Positions 9,467 to 18,595 of a DNA stretch of 34,715 nt are shown one piece after another. The translations under genes were made by a program, and so were the position numbers. Source of the stretch: Candidatus Woesebacteria bacterium RIFCSPHIGHO2_01_FULL_44_10 (GTDB taxonomy: Bacteria; Patescibacteriota; Microgenomatia; UBA8517); assembly GCA_001792465.1 (NCBI GenBank), contig MGGO01000008.1, positions 20,575-55,289 of the forward strand, given 5' to 3'. The notes under the pieces are model-generated. The model was given only the letters and a program-made list of their open reading frames with translations, was not told the DNA's origin and did not search any database. Each line of letters opens with the position of its first letter. The stretch's first letter is position 1.

Positions 9467-10068
9467 GTAAGATAACCGTGCTTTATGGGGACCATGTGAC
9501 GGTGTCGCGGCAGCGAATGCTGGAGATTGTGTCTGCCGCCAGAAAGAAAGGCTGGGAGATCTTGCGCGAAATAACTACCACCGACTCGCTTTTTGCCACC
9601 GAGCGATTATTTGTTATTGAGGATGCAAGTCAGCTTACTGAAAAAGATTTTGATCAAGACATAAACGTATTAATCTGGCAAAAAAATCAAATACCAGCCT
9701 CGTTAAAAAAAATTCTTCCCAAAGATACCAAATATGAAGAATTTAAATTACCCGTGGTTATTTGGAAATTTTTGGACACTTTTTCCTTGAGACTTTTCCA
9801 TGAGGTGTGTCAAAAAGAAGCGGTTGAATTTGTTTTTGCCCTGATGGCAAGACAAGTGAGGGATTTATATTGGGTTAGCTCTGACCCCAAAACTTTTGCT
9901 GGCCCGGCGTGGCGAAAAAGTAGGCTAGTTTCGCAAGCGGCGAAGTATGGGGAACTGAAGTTAAAAAACGTTATCCAAAAACTAGCGCAAATTGACGTTG
10001 CTGCCAAAACCGGCGAAGCAGACCTAACCACTTCTCTTGACCTTCTGATTGTGAAAGAATTAGAATGA
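9463..10068 (+). CDS. holA: Probable short DNA polymerase III delta subunit (HolA-like)
   Basis: 201 aa. It has the delta-like N-terminus (ITVLYGD, SLFATERLFVIEDASQL) and C-terminal helices (LAQIDVAAKTGEADLTTSLDLLI). It is much shorter than the E. coli HolA of ~340 aa. Confidence 0.5.
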   Translation: MSKITVLYGDHVTVSRQRMLEIVSAARKKGWEILREITTTDSLFATERLFVIEDASQLTEKDFDQDINVLIWQKNQIPASLKKILPKDTKYEEFKLPVVIWKFLDTFSLRLFHEVCQKEAVEFVFALMARQVRDLYWVSSDPKTFAGPAWRKSRLVSQAAKYGELKLKNVIQKLAQIDVAAKTGEADLTTSLDLLIVKELE

Positions 10069-10078
10069 AGATAACTTC

Positions 10079-10864
10079 ATGAAACCAATCACCGAACTAA
10101 CCAGGGATGATATTAAAGACGTTAAACTTGTTTGCTTCGATGTTGACGGAGTAACAATTAAAAAGGGAACGCAAATTAAGGTAGAGGAAACTCCAGAAAC
10201 TCAGACAATGACTATAAGGACAAGGCTCCTGGCGCGCGAAATGAGAGATAAATTGATCGAACTTAAGAAACATTATTTTATTGCTATTAACAGCGGAAGA
10301 AGTACGATTTATTTAAAGGATGTTTTTAATGAACTACTTTGGGATAATGTTGCCTTAATCGGTGAGGTGGGAATTTTTACACTGGCTAAAGGCGAACTTG
10401 TTCAACACGAGAAATTTGATGAGAAAGCACTGGCTAAAATGAGGAATATCAGGTCGGAACTGGAAAAATATGCCGACACGACGAGAATCTCGGAGGCGTT
10501 TGAACCGAAACAATTTTTAATCACTTTCCATACGCGGTTCGATGACAAAAATGTCCATGAAATTGTTAAGAAAATTGACCCGGAGAGTGAATTTGCTGTC
10601 ATTTGGAGTGGAGAGGCCTTTGATATTTTACCAAGACGGCTAAATAAAGGTACTGCCTTGGTGAGTTTGTGCAAGTATCTGGATGTTGATCTCTCACAGA
10701 CGATTGCGATCGGAAATGGCAATAATGATCGGGACATGACAGAAACAGCTGGCATTGGAGTTACAACAGAACCGAAGGTTTTGAGATCTGACTTTTATAC
10801 AACCGGGAGCCAACATTTGGGAGGATTTGAGTTGATTGATAAACTTTTGGAATTAAATAGATGA
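10079..10864 (+). CDS. HAD-superfamily hydrolase, subfamily IIB (Cof-like sugar phosphatase)
   Basis: HAD motif I CFDVDGV, motif II NSGRS, and motif III/IV KGTAL ... GNGNNDRDM. Confidence 0.8.
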   Translation: MKPITELTRDDIKDVKLVCFDVDGVTIKKGTQIKVEETPETQTMTIRTRLLAREMRDKLIELKKHYFIAINSGRSTIYLKDVFNELLWDNVALIGEVGIFTLAKGELVQHEKFDEKALAKMRNIRSELEKYADTTRISEAFEPKQFLITFHTRFDDKNVHEIVKKIDPESEFAVIWSGEAFDILPRRLNKGTALVSLCKYLDVDLSQTIAIGNGNNDRDMTETAGIGVTTEPKVLRSDFYTTGSQHLGGFELIDKLLELNR

Positions 10865-11925
10865 TTAATTTGGACTCGCTGGGGGATATTAAAGACTTTG
10901 ATCAGGGGGAGGTGCTTACCTCTATTCGTAGATTGCCAGAGCAGGTCGCAGATGCTTGGAAGCAGGTTACCGATGGTGAAGTCCCGGCCGCGTGTCGTTT
11001 GGCCAAAAATGTTGTTGTTTCTGGCATGGGTGGCTCTGCGCTGGGCGCTCGCATTGCCGATTCACTATTAACAGATAAAGCCCGTTCCCCGATTGAGATT
11101 TTCACCGAATATAGATTACCCGATTATGTCAATCAAGAAACTTTAGTTATTGCCTCCTCTTATTCAGGTAATACCGCAGAGACACTAACCGCAGCGGGCG
11201 AAGCAATTAATCGCGGGGCCATCGTTTATGGCGTTACCACAGGTGGTGAACTTGCCCGATTATTGAGTCAAAAAAACATTCCCTATTACCTCATTGACGC
11301 CAAGGAAAACCCGAGCGGTAAGCCGCGGCTTGGCATTGGTTACTCAATCGGAGCAATTTTGGCAGTTTTGGCCCGATGTGGTTTCATTAACCTTCTGGAT
11401 TCGGAAGTTGCGGAAGCGGTTGAAGAGGCTAAAAAATTTGTTAAGGCTTTTGGCCCAACAGTTCCTAAGGAAAAAAATCCGGCCAAAGAGCTGGCGGAAA
11501 CACTTTACACTAAAATCCCGGTTTTGGTAGCCAGCGAGCACTTATTTGGTGTGGCTCACGCTTTCAAAAATCAACTTAATGAAACAGCCAAGACTTTTGC
11601 TTGCCTTTTTGATTTACCTGAGGCCGACCACCATCTTTTGGAAGGTTTGGGCTACCCGGAGGCTGCAAAAGCATTTTTGCATTTCTTGTTTTTTGAGTCC
11701 GGTGTCTATTTTGGTGAAGTAAAACGCCGCTACTCTCTCACCCAAGAGGTAGTTGGCAAACAGGGCGTTTCTTTTACCAACTACCATTTAACTGCGTATC
11801 GTAAATTGCCACAAATTTTTGAAGTTTTGATTCTGGGCAGCTTTGTTAGCTTTTATTTAGCTCTTTTGCACGAGGTCGACCCCGCCCAAATCCCCTGGGT
11901 TGATTACTTCAAAGCAAAGCTCTAA
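10861..11925 (+). CDS. Bifunctional phosphoglucose/phosphomannose isomerase (SIS-domain PGI/PMI family)
   Basis: SIS motifs VVVSGMGGSALGARI and VIASSYSGNTAETL. The ~350-aa size is typical of the archaeal/Aquifex-type PGI/PMI. Confidence 0.8.
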   Translation: MINLDSLGDIKDFDQGEVLTSIRRLPEQVADAWKQVTDGEVPAACRLAKNVVVSGMGGSALGARIADSLLTDKARSPIEIFTEYRLPDYVNQETLVIASSYSGNTAETLTAAGEAINRGAIVYGVTTGGELARLLSQKNIPYYLIDAKENPSGKPRLGIGYSIGAILAVLARCGFINLLDSEVAEAVEEAKKFVKAFGPTVPKEKNPAKELAETLYTKIPVLVASEHLFGVAHAFKNQLNETAKTFACLFDLPEADHHLLEGLGYPEAAKAFLHFLFFESGVYFGEVKRRYSLTQEVVGKQGVSFTNYHLTAYRKLPQIFEVLILGSFVSFYLALLHEVDPAQIPWVDYFKAKL

Positions 11926-11934
11926 TATGAAATA

Positions 11935-14214
11935 ATGGCAGCTGCCCAACCTTTTATTGTTGACTTCAGAAAGATAGACAAAAACGACATTCCTCTTGTC
12001 GGCGGTAAAGGCGCCAACTTGGGAGAGATGGCAAATGCGGGTTTCCCCGTGCCCACTGGTTTCGCAATCACCGTACATGCCTACGATCTTTTCCTCAGGG
12101 AAAATGATTTGGCCGAAAAGCTGGCTGCAATTCAAAAAGATACCAACAAGGAAGACCCCGAAAGCTTCCAAAGAGCCTCAAAAAAGATTGAAGAACTGCT
12201 CAAGGGATCCAAAATTCCAGACATAGTTGGAGAAGAGGTTATCAAGTATTACCGTAAACTTTCGGGCTTCAAAAAAGCATTGGTTGCCGTTCGATCAAGT
12301 GCTACCGCGGAGGACTTGCCAACTGCCAGCTTTGCCGGCCAGCAGGCGACGTTTCTAAACGTCCAAGGCGAAGCAAGCCTTTTGCACCGAGTCAGAGATT
12401 GTTGGGCCAGCCTTTTTACCGCCCGAGCAATTTTCTACCGACAGGAGAACAAAATTGATCATGCTAAAGTAAAAATTTCAGTCATCGTTCAAAAAATGAT
12501 TCAAAGTGAAGCCAGTGGTGTCATGTTTACCATTGATCCGGTTACAAATGACAAGGACAAAATAATAATTGAGGCGGTTTGGGGTTTGGGAGAGCTGATT
12601 GTCCAGGGCTCAGTTGTACCAGATAAATACATCGTCCAAAAGGACACTTTTTTTATTCTGTCTAAGCAATTTGCCGATCAAGCAATTCAACTTGTCCGAG
12701 CTGGGTTTGAAATTAAGGAAACGGCAGTACCTAAGAAATTAGCTTCAAAAAGAAAGCTTTCTGACGAGGAAATTGTTAAATTGGCAAAAATAGGTGAAAG
12801 ACTTCAGCAGCATTATTATTTCCCTCAGGACATAGAGTGGGCTAAAGAGGGTAAAAATTTATATATCGTCCAAACAAGACCAGTAACCACGACCAGTATT
12901 AAGTATAAAGTATTAAGTATTAAGGGAGAGGACGTAGAGGCGGCAAGCGCGCCGATTTTAACCGGGATACCGGCAAGTCCCGGGGTGGCTTCAGGCCACG
13001 TCAAGATTACAAAGTCCCCTAAAGAAATTGGGAAAGTGGAAAACGGGGACGTTTTGGTTGCTGAAATGACCAGCCCCGACTATGTCCCGGCGATGAAAAA
13101 GGCAAGTGCGATTGTGACTAATAAAGGTGGTATGACCAGTCACGCGGCCATTGTGTCCCGAGAACTTGGAATCCCCGCTATAGTAGGAGCCAAAGAGGCA
13201 ACGACCAAACTTAAAGAAGGTTGGGTAGTGACGGTTGACGCTAGCCGCGGGCAGGTGTACTTGGGGAGCAAGATTAAAGTAGAAAAAGTAAAGAAAGTAT
13301 CACAAGTAGCACAGGTAACAAAAAAGCTAAAAACGGCGACAAATTTATATGTGAACCTGGCTGAGCCGGAGTTGGCAGCAAAGATTGCTAAAAAACACGT
13401 TGACGGAGTGGGTTTGCTGCGCGCTGAGTTCATGATTGCCAATATTGGCATGCATCCCAAAGAAGCAATCAAACAAAAAAAACAGTTAAAGTATATTGAC
13501 AGCCTGGCTTCAAACTTGGAGAAATTTACCCGGGCTTTTGATGGTAGACCGGTGGTTTATAGAGCAACGGATTTCAAAACCAATGAGTATCGATCACTAC
13601 CCGGAGGGAAGGCTTGGGAACCCCAGGAACCAAATCCCATGCTTGGCTTTCGGGGTGCTTACCGCTACAAAGCAAACCCCGACGTTTTTAATCTGGAACT
13701 GGCTGCAATTAAGAAAGTTCGGGAGAGTTACGACAACTTACACTTGATGATTCCCTTCGTTCGTTCACCTCAGGAACTTGCCGATATTCGAAGAATTGTA
13801 GCCGGAGAAGATTTTTTCAAAAGCACGACCTTTAAGTTCTGGATGATGGTAGAGTTGCCGGTTAATGTTATTGCCCTCAAGGATTTTATTGAAGTAGGTA
13901 TCGATGGGGTTTCCGTTGGCAGCAATGACTTAACCATGCTTCTTTTGGGAACGGACAGGGATAACGCTGAAGTGGCGGACGCTTTTAACGAGCGCTCACC
14001 CGTTGTTTACTGGGCATTAAGACGGGTTATACGAACTTGCCATAAGTACGGCATTACCGCCAGTATTTGCGGTCAAGCCCCTTCGGTGTATGAGGATTTG
14101 GTTGAAAGGCTAATAAGGTATGGCATTACCAGCGTTTCGGTTAATCCCGACGCAATTGAGCGCATCCGCGAAGTAATTCACCGGGCGGAAATAAACTATG
14201 TCAAAAATCGCTAA
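11935..14214 (+). CDS. ppsA: Phosphoenolpyruvate synthase (pyruvate, water dikinase)
   Basis: N-terminal ATP-grasp GGKGANLGEMANAGFPVPTGF, phospho-His domain GGMTSHAAIVSRELGIPAIVG and C-terminal PEP-utilising domain GSNDLTMLLLG. The 759-aa size fits PpsA rather than PPDK. Confidence 0.9.
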   Translation: MAAAQPFIVDFRKIDKNDIPLVGGKGANLGEMANAGFPVPTGFAITVHAYDLFLRENDLAEKLAAIQKDTNKEDPESFQRASKKIEELLKGSKIPDIVGEEVIKYYRKLSGFKKALVAVRSSATAEDLPTASFAGQQATFLNVQGEASLLHRVRDCWASLFTARAIFYRQENKIDHAKVKISVIVQKMIQSEASGVMFTIDPVTNDKDKIIIEAVWGLGELIVQGSVVPDKYIVQKDTFFILSKQFADQAIQLVRAGFEIKETAVPKKLASKRKLSDEEIVKLAKIGERLQQHYYFPQDIEWAKEGKNLYIVQTRPVTTTSIKYKVLSIKGEDVEAASAPILTGIPASPGVASGHVKITKSPKEIGKVENGDVLVAEMTSPDYVPAMKKASAIVTNKGGMTSHAAIVSRELGIPAIVGAKEATTKLKEGWVVTVDASRGQVYLGSKIKVEKVKKVSQVAQVTKKLKTATNLYVNLAEPELAAKIAKKHVDGVGLLRAEFMIANIGMHPKEAIKQKKQLKYIDSLASNLEKFTRAFDGRPVVYRATDFKTNEYRSLPGGKAWEPQEPNPMLGFRGAYRYKANPDVFNLELAAIKKVRESYDNLHLMIPFVRSPQELADIRRIVAGEDFFKSTTFKFWMMVELPVNVIALKDFIEVGIDGVSVGSNDLTMLLLGTDRDNAEVADAFNERSPVVYWALRRVIRTCHKYGITASICGQAPSVYEDLVERLIRYGITSVSVNPDAIERIREVIHRAEINYVKNR

Positions 14215-15469
14215 AATTTGGGCCAGAGAAATTTTGGATTCACGGGGAACACCTACAGTGGAAGCTGCATGTCAGCTTGATTCCGGCCACGTTGCCGTCG
14301 CTTCTGTGCCATCTGGAGCCTCAACCGGGAGCTATGAAGCCCTGGAGCTTCGGGATGGAGAAGAAGCGCGCTATCAAGGCAAAGGCGTGTTAAACGCAGT
14401 AAATAACGTAAACCAAATATTAGGGCCCGCTTTGGTTGGAATGGACCCTTCTGACCAAGTTGCAATTGACCAGAAACTTCTCAGCCTCGACTCGAGTGAA
14501 AACAAAAAGAAGTTAGGCGCAAACAGCATTTTGGCAGTTTCGGTTGTAACAGCCAAAGCCGGGGCTCTGACAGCCGGTGTCCAGCTTTACGCTTGGATAC
14601 AGGCTCTGGCTCAAAAAAGAGGTTTAATCGTCAGCACCTGGCGTATTCCGACTCCCCTTTTTAACATGTTAAATGGCGGGCTTCACGGAGCTGGAAACTT
14701 GGATTTTCAAGAGTTTTTTGTCACGCCGACGACCGCCAAAGGCTACTCGGAAGGGTTGCGCGCAGGAGTCGAGATTTACCATGTAATAGGCCAAAACTTA
14801 GCCAGAAGGGGCGCCATTCACTCCGTTGGTGACGAAGGCGGTTATGCCCCAAACCTTTTTACCAACGCTGACGCCCTTGAGATTTTAGTCGACTCTATTA
14901 AACAAACACCTTACTCAATCGGTAGAGACGTCTTTTTGGGCCTTGATGTGGCAGCTTCGACTTTTTTCAGGGACGGCGAATATACCATTAGAGACAAATC
15001 TGGTCCAATGAGCGAAGACGCTTTCATTGAATTCTATAAAGACTTAAACAACACTTATCATATGGCCGTTTTGGAAGATCCCCTGGACCAGGACGCGTGG
15101 ACGGGTTGGCAAAAACTGGTTGGAGTCCTGGGAAGTCAAACAATTGTAGTGGGAGATGATCTTTTGGCCACAAATCCCAAAAGAGTAGATAAGGCAATTG
15201 CAGACAGTGCCTGTAACGGCATTTTGGTTAAACCCAATCAAATAGGAACTGTAACGGAGACAATCGACGTGGTCAAAAAAGCCAAAGACGCCGGGTGGAA
15301 AATTGTCGTCTCGCACCGCTCCGGAGAAACCAACGACTGGTTTATTGCTGATTTTGCCGTGGGTGTCGGAGCTGATTATGTTAAATTCGGAGCCCCATGT
15401 CGTGGGGAAAGAGTTGCCAAGTATAATCGATTGTCTTCCATAGAAATCGAGCTTACACAGCGCAAATGA
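14198..15469 (+). CDS. eno: Enolase
   Basis: AREILDSRGTPTVEA, SGASTGSYEALELRDG, VGDDLLATNP, LVKPNQIGTVTET and SHRSGETND. Confidence 0.97.
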   Translation: MSKIAKIWAREILDSRGTPTVEAACQLDSGHVAVASVPSGASTGSYEALELRDGEEARYQGKGVLNAVNNVNQILGPALVGMDPSDQVAIDQKLLSLDSSENKKKLGANSILAVSVVTAKAGALTAGVQLYAWIQALAQKRGLIVSTWRIPTPLFNMLNGGLHGAGNLDFQEFFVTPTTAKGYSEGLRAGVEIYHVIGQNLARRGAIHSVGDEGGYAPNLFTNADALEILVDSIKQTPYSIGRDVFLGLDVAASTFFRDGEYTIRDKSGPMSEDAFIEFYKDLNNTYHMAVLEDPLDQDAWTGWQKLVGVLGSQTIVVGDDLLATNPKRVDKAIADSACNGILVKPNQIGTVTETIDVVKKAKDAGWKIVVSHRSGETNDWFIADFAVGVGADYVKFGAPCRGERVAKYNRLSSIEIELTQRK

Positions 15470-17115
15470 AAACCAAATTTGTAATCCTGGCCGTGCTTGA
15501 CGGTTGGGGGATAGCCGCACCAAATCCAGGTAACGCAATTTACAAGGCCAACACAGTCAACATGGATCGCCTTTGGGCCTCTTACCCTCACACCCAACTT
15601 GAGGCAGCGGGGGAAGCGGTGGGCTTGCCCAAAAGTGAAGCGGGAAACACCGAAACGGGGCACATCAATCTTGGCGCGGGCAGAATAATCTATCAGGACT
15701 TGGCAAGGATTAATATGGCCATTGCCGATGGAAGTTTTTTTACCAACTCGGTACTTCTGGGAGCCATCGAGCACGCAAAGCAAAACAACTCAAATCTTCA
15801 CTTAATGGGCCTTATTGGAGCCGGAGGCGTGCATTCAAACATTGAGCACATTTATGCTTTGATTCAAATTGCGGCCAAAAATGACTTTAACAGAGTATAT
15901 CTGCATCTTTTCACCGATGGCAGGGATTCCCCACCCACTTCTGCCACAACTTACATCAGTGAGCTTAAAAAAGTTCTTCGAAAAGAGGGGATTGGTAAAA
16001 TCGCCTCGATTATGGGTAGGTATTGGGGTATGGACCGAGACAGAAGGTGGGACAGAACCTCCAAAGCCTACGCCGCTTTAGTGGAAGGGCAGGGGAACTT
16101 GGTTAAAAGCCCCGAAGAAGTAATTGAAGCCTCTTACGCTGAAGCCAAAACCGATGAGTTTATCGATCCGGCAATCGTAACCGACGAGCATGGAATGCCA
16201 ATTTCGTTAATTAGCGACAATGACGCCGTAGTTTTTTATAACTTCAGAATTGACAGACCCAGACAATTAACGGCCGCTTTTTTAGTGCGTGATTTTGTTG
16301 AAGGCAGTCTGGCTTTAGAATTTGATCCGTATCAGGAACAGTATGAAAAAACGCATATCGCTCAGCGCTTGGGCAAGTCAAAAGAGATTTTTGTCAGAAA
16401 CAAATTTTTGTCAAACTTGTATTTTGTGACCATGACAAGGTACAGCGACTCATTGGTGGCAGCCGGAGCAAAGGTTGCAGTTAATCCCGAGTTAGTCGAC
16501 TTGCCTTTGGGCAGAATGATAAGTGATGCCGCCATAAGGCAGCTGCGGGTTGCGGAGAGTGAAAAAGAAAGATTTGTTACTTTTTACTTCAACGGTTTGC
16601 GGGAGGAGGCTTTTAATGGAGAAGAAAGAGTAATAATTCCCTCGCCCCAGGTGCCAACTTATGATGTTTGGCCCCAAATGTCTGCTTACCAAATAACCGA
16701 TAATCTTACGAAAAAAATGGCAACGGGTGATTATGCTTTTGCACTCATTAATTACGCCAACCCGGACATGGTTGGCCATACAGGAAGTATTGGCCCCACG
16801 GCCACAGCCTGTGAAGTGGTGGACGAATGTGTGGGCAAAATTGTTAATTTTACTCTTGCCTACGGAGGCACATTCATTATCACGGCTGATCATGGAAACG
16901 CGGAAGAGCTTATTAAAAGCCAAACCGGGCGGGTGGACACCGAGCACAGTACCAATCCAGTGCCTTTTATTATTGTTTCAAACAATTTTACCGGCAAAGC
17001 CCAAACACTGCCGGCCGGAATTCTGGCTGATGTAGCGCCAACAATTTTGAATTTACTGGATATTGAGACTCCTACTTCCATGACCGGCCGAAATTTGCTA
17101 CAGTCAATGGGATGA
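15466..17115 (+). CDS. gpmI: 2,3-bisphosphoglycerate-independent phosphoglycerate mutase
   Basis: LDGWG, NTETGHINLGAGR, LFTDGRDSPP, ANPDMVGHTG and ITADHGNAE. Confidence 0.95.
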   Translation: MKTKFVILAVLDGWGIAAPNPGNAIYKANTVNMDRLWASYPHTQLEAAGEAVGLPKSEAGNTETGHINLGAGRIIYQDLARINMAIADGSFFTNSVLLGAIEHAKQNNSNLHLMGLIGAGGVHSNIEHIYALIQIAAKNDFNRVYLHLFTDGRDSPPTSATTYISELKKVLRKEGIGKIASIMGRYWGMDRDRRWDRTSKAYAALVEGQGNLVKSPEEVIEASYAEAKTDEFIDPAIVTDEHGMPISLISDNDAVVFYNFRIDRPRQLTAAFLVRDFVEGSLALEFDPYQEQYEKTHIAQRLGKSKEIFVRNKFLSNLYFVTMTRYSDSLVAAGAKVAVNPELVDLPLGRMISDAAIRQLRVAESEKERFVTFYFNGLREEAFNGEERVIIPSPQVPTYDVWPQMSAYQITDNLTKKMATGDYAFALINYANPDMVGHTGSIGPTATACEVVDECVGKIVNFTLAYGGTFIITADHGNAEELIKSQTGRVDTEHSTNPVPFIIVSNNFTGKAQTLPAGILADVAPTILNLLDIETPTSMTGRNLLQSMG

Positions 17116-17753
17116 TCGAGACTATTACTCACTTTTTAGTGACTAACCTAACTAACTTCATTGAAGGATATGGTTTAGTAGCTGTATTTATTCTCATGAC
17201 TGCAGAGTCCGCCCTCATTCCAATTCCGAGTGAAATTACCATGCCTTTTGCCGGCTTTATGGCCGGTCGGGGCATCATCGGCTTTTGGCCGGCCGTTGCT
17301 GTTGGTGCTTTCGGTAACTTGGTCGGGAGTTTACTTGCTTATTGGCTAGGCGCGGCCAAAGGAGAGGAATGGGTACGGTTTGCCATAAAGAAGTGGGGGA
17401 AGTGGTTTCTTCTGCGCGAAAAAGAATTTGATCTCTCGAAAAAGTGGTTCGAAAATTATGGCCAGGCAGTTGCTTTTATTTCAAGGCTGCTGCCAATAGT
17501 TCGTACTTTTATTAGTTTACCAGCGGGAATAGCTAAAATGAATTTGGGTAAGTTTGCAGTTCTTACTTTGATCGGTTCGTTTTTGTGGTCGGGGGTGTTG
17601 GCCTGGTTAGGGCTAAAGCTCGGTCAAAACTGGCTAGCCATTGAGCCCTACTTCAGAAAATTCCAGTTTGTAGTCATCGGTCTTTTTGTTGCAGCAGCCA
17701 TCTTCTACGTTTACCACCACTTGAAGCCCTCCCCAACTCGCCATTCTGATTGA
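17112..17753 (+). CDS. DedA/SNARE-associated family membrane protein
   Basis: Typical DedA N-terminal motif (ESALIPIPSEITMPFAGF), the re-entrant loop region (SRLLPIVRTFISLPAGIAKM) and multiple TM helices. Confidence 0.85.
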   Translation: MIETITHFLVTNLTNFIEGYGLVAVFILMTAESALIPIPSEITMPFAGFMAGRGIIGFWPAVAVGAFGNLVGSLLAYWLGAAKGEEWVRFAIKKWGKWFLLREKEFDLSKKWFENYGQAVAFISRLLPIVRTFISLPAGIAKMNLGKFAVLTLIGSFLWSGVLAWLGLKLGQNWLAIEPYFRKFQFVVIGLFVAAAIFYVYHHLKPSPTRHSD

Positions 17754-17789
17754 AATGATGAGAAACAACTGCTAATATTCCTCTTAAAT

Positions 17790-18023
17790 ATGGCTAAGAT
17801 TGATAGAGAAAAACTAGAAAGTGAATATCTGGACTTACAAGATCAACTTCCAAAACATATTTTAGAACTTGTTGGAGAAGTTGATCCCAATGAGGTTGTT
17901 GATCATTTTTTGGGATTTGCTGTCGAGCACGCAAGAGATCCTATTCAAGCAAACGCAGAGTTGGAAAGACGGATTAAAAACGCCTTAAGGTCTGGCCAAA
18001 AAGAAGCCGTTAGGGTGTTCTAA
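17790..18023 (+). CDS. Hypothetical acidic 77-aa protein
   Basis: ORF only. TGCTAATAT (17770-17778) lies 11 nt upstream of the ATG. No family recognised. Confidence 0.5.
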   Translation: MAKIDREKLESEYLDLQDQLPKHILELVGEVDPNEVVDHFLGFAVEHARDPIQANAELERRIKNALRSGQKEAVRVF

Positions 18024-18066
18024 CTAAACTGCCTGGGACGGTTAAACTTGTTTAGTCTACGGGGCA

Positions 18067-18095
18067 TTGACAGTTGAAGTGCCCTATGATAGACT
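18067..18095 (+). promoter_or_regulatory. Sigma70-like promoter TTGACA-17 nt-TAGACT with no protein-coding gene downstream on this strand
   Basis: TTGACA lies at 18067-18072 and TAGACT at 18090-18095. The next 90 nt contain a stem and a terminator hairpin but no ORF. Confidence 0.35.
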
Positions 18096-18101
18096 GTAAT
18101 T

Positions 18102-18193
18102 GTGCTTGTAGGGTAATTCCCATAACCGGCTAAGAATTCTACGCAGGAAAAGCAAGCACATCAAACAAGCCCCGCCCTCGCGAGGGCTTTTTT
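18102..18193 (+). ncRNA. Candidate ~90-nt small RNA whose 3' end is antisense to the 3' end of the 143-aa ORF
   Basis: The predicted TSS lies 7 nt after the -10 box. A long-range stem pairs GTGCTTG (18102-18108) with CAAGCAC (18153-18159) and encloses the small hairpin GGGtaattCCC. Then comes GCCCTCGCGAGGGC followed by TTTTTT (18174-18193). No known RNA family recognised. Confidence 0.3.
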
Positions 18194-18592
18194 GACTTTA
18201 TTGTTGGTTCGTCTAAGGCTATAATAATGTAATTTTCCACTTTCTATTCTTCTTAATACGACCGTGACATGTTGTTTTCCTTTGTCGCAGACATGAGCAA
18301 TCTCAAAGTATTTTGCTGTTCTACTAACGCCTCTTCGTGAAATAATTGCCCCACTTGTTTCCTTGATAATAACTTTCGAACTTTTAATAACTTCAGGAGT
18401 GTGTTTAAAAAGATGAAATCTTAGTTTTAAGTCTTTGACGTTTCTTTTATGTCCACTTCGTGTATATGATAGATGGACCCACCCGTGATTATTAAAAACA
18501 ACATTGTCTTCTACTGCACCGCACCATAAAGACCCCAGACTTTTGTAAAATTTATGTGTCTTGGCCTTTAAGTCCTTTACTTCTTTGGGCAT
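18161..18592 (-). CDS. Hypothetical basic 143-aa protein co-transcribed with lexA
   Basis: Its ATG lies 3 nt after the lexA stop codon (AAT TAG GAT ATG). The protein is Lys/Arg/His-rich, with NNHGWVHLSYTRSGHKR and RFHLFKHTPEVI. No family confidently recognised. Confidence 0.65.
   Translation of the reverse strand: MPKEVKDLKAKTHKFYKSLGSLWCGAVEDNVVFNNHGWVHLSYTRSGHKRNVKDLKLRFHLFKHTPEVIKSSKVIIKETSGAIISRRGVSRTAKYFEIAHVCDKGKQHVTVVLRRIESGKLHYYSLRRTNNKVKKALARAGLV
18174..18193 (+). terminator. Intrinsic terminator hairpin GCCCT-CGCG-AGGGC followed by T6
   Basis: GC-rich palindrome followed directly by six T. It overlaps the last 10 codons of the convergent 143-aa ORF. Confidence 0.55.
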
Positions 18593-18595
18593 ATC

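Noticed and set aside
12895-12924. Short imperfect repeat AGTATTAAG..AGTATTAAGTATTAAG in ppsA
   Set aside because: It encodes SIKYKVLSIKG in the flexible linker between the PpsA domains. It is AT-rich low complexity with no evident function beyond the linker.
18102-18193. Identity of the candidate sRNA as SRP (4.5S) RNA, 6S RNA or a riboswitch
   Set aside because: There is no GNAR-capped helix-8 motif with the conserved AGCA/GGAA loops. The RNA is far too short for 6S RNA, tmRNA or RNase P. No plus-strand gene lies downstream for a riboswitch to control.
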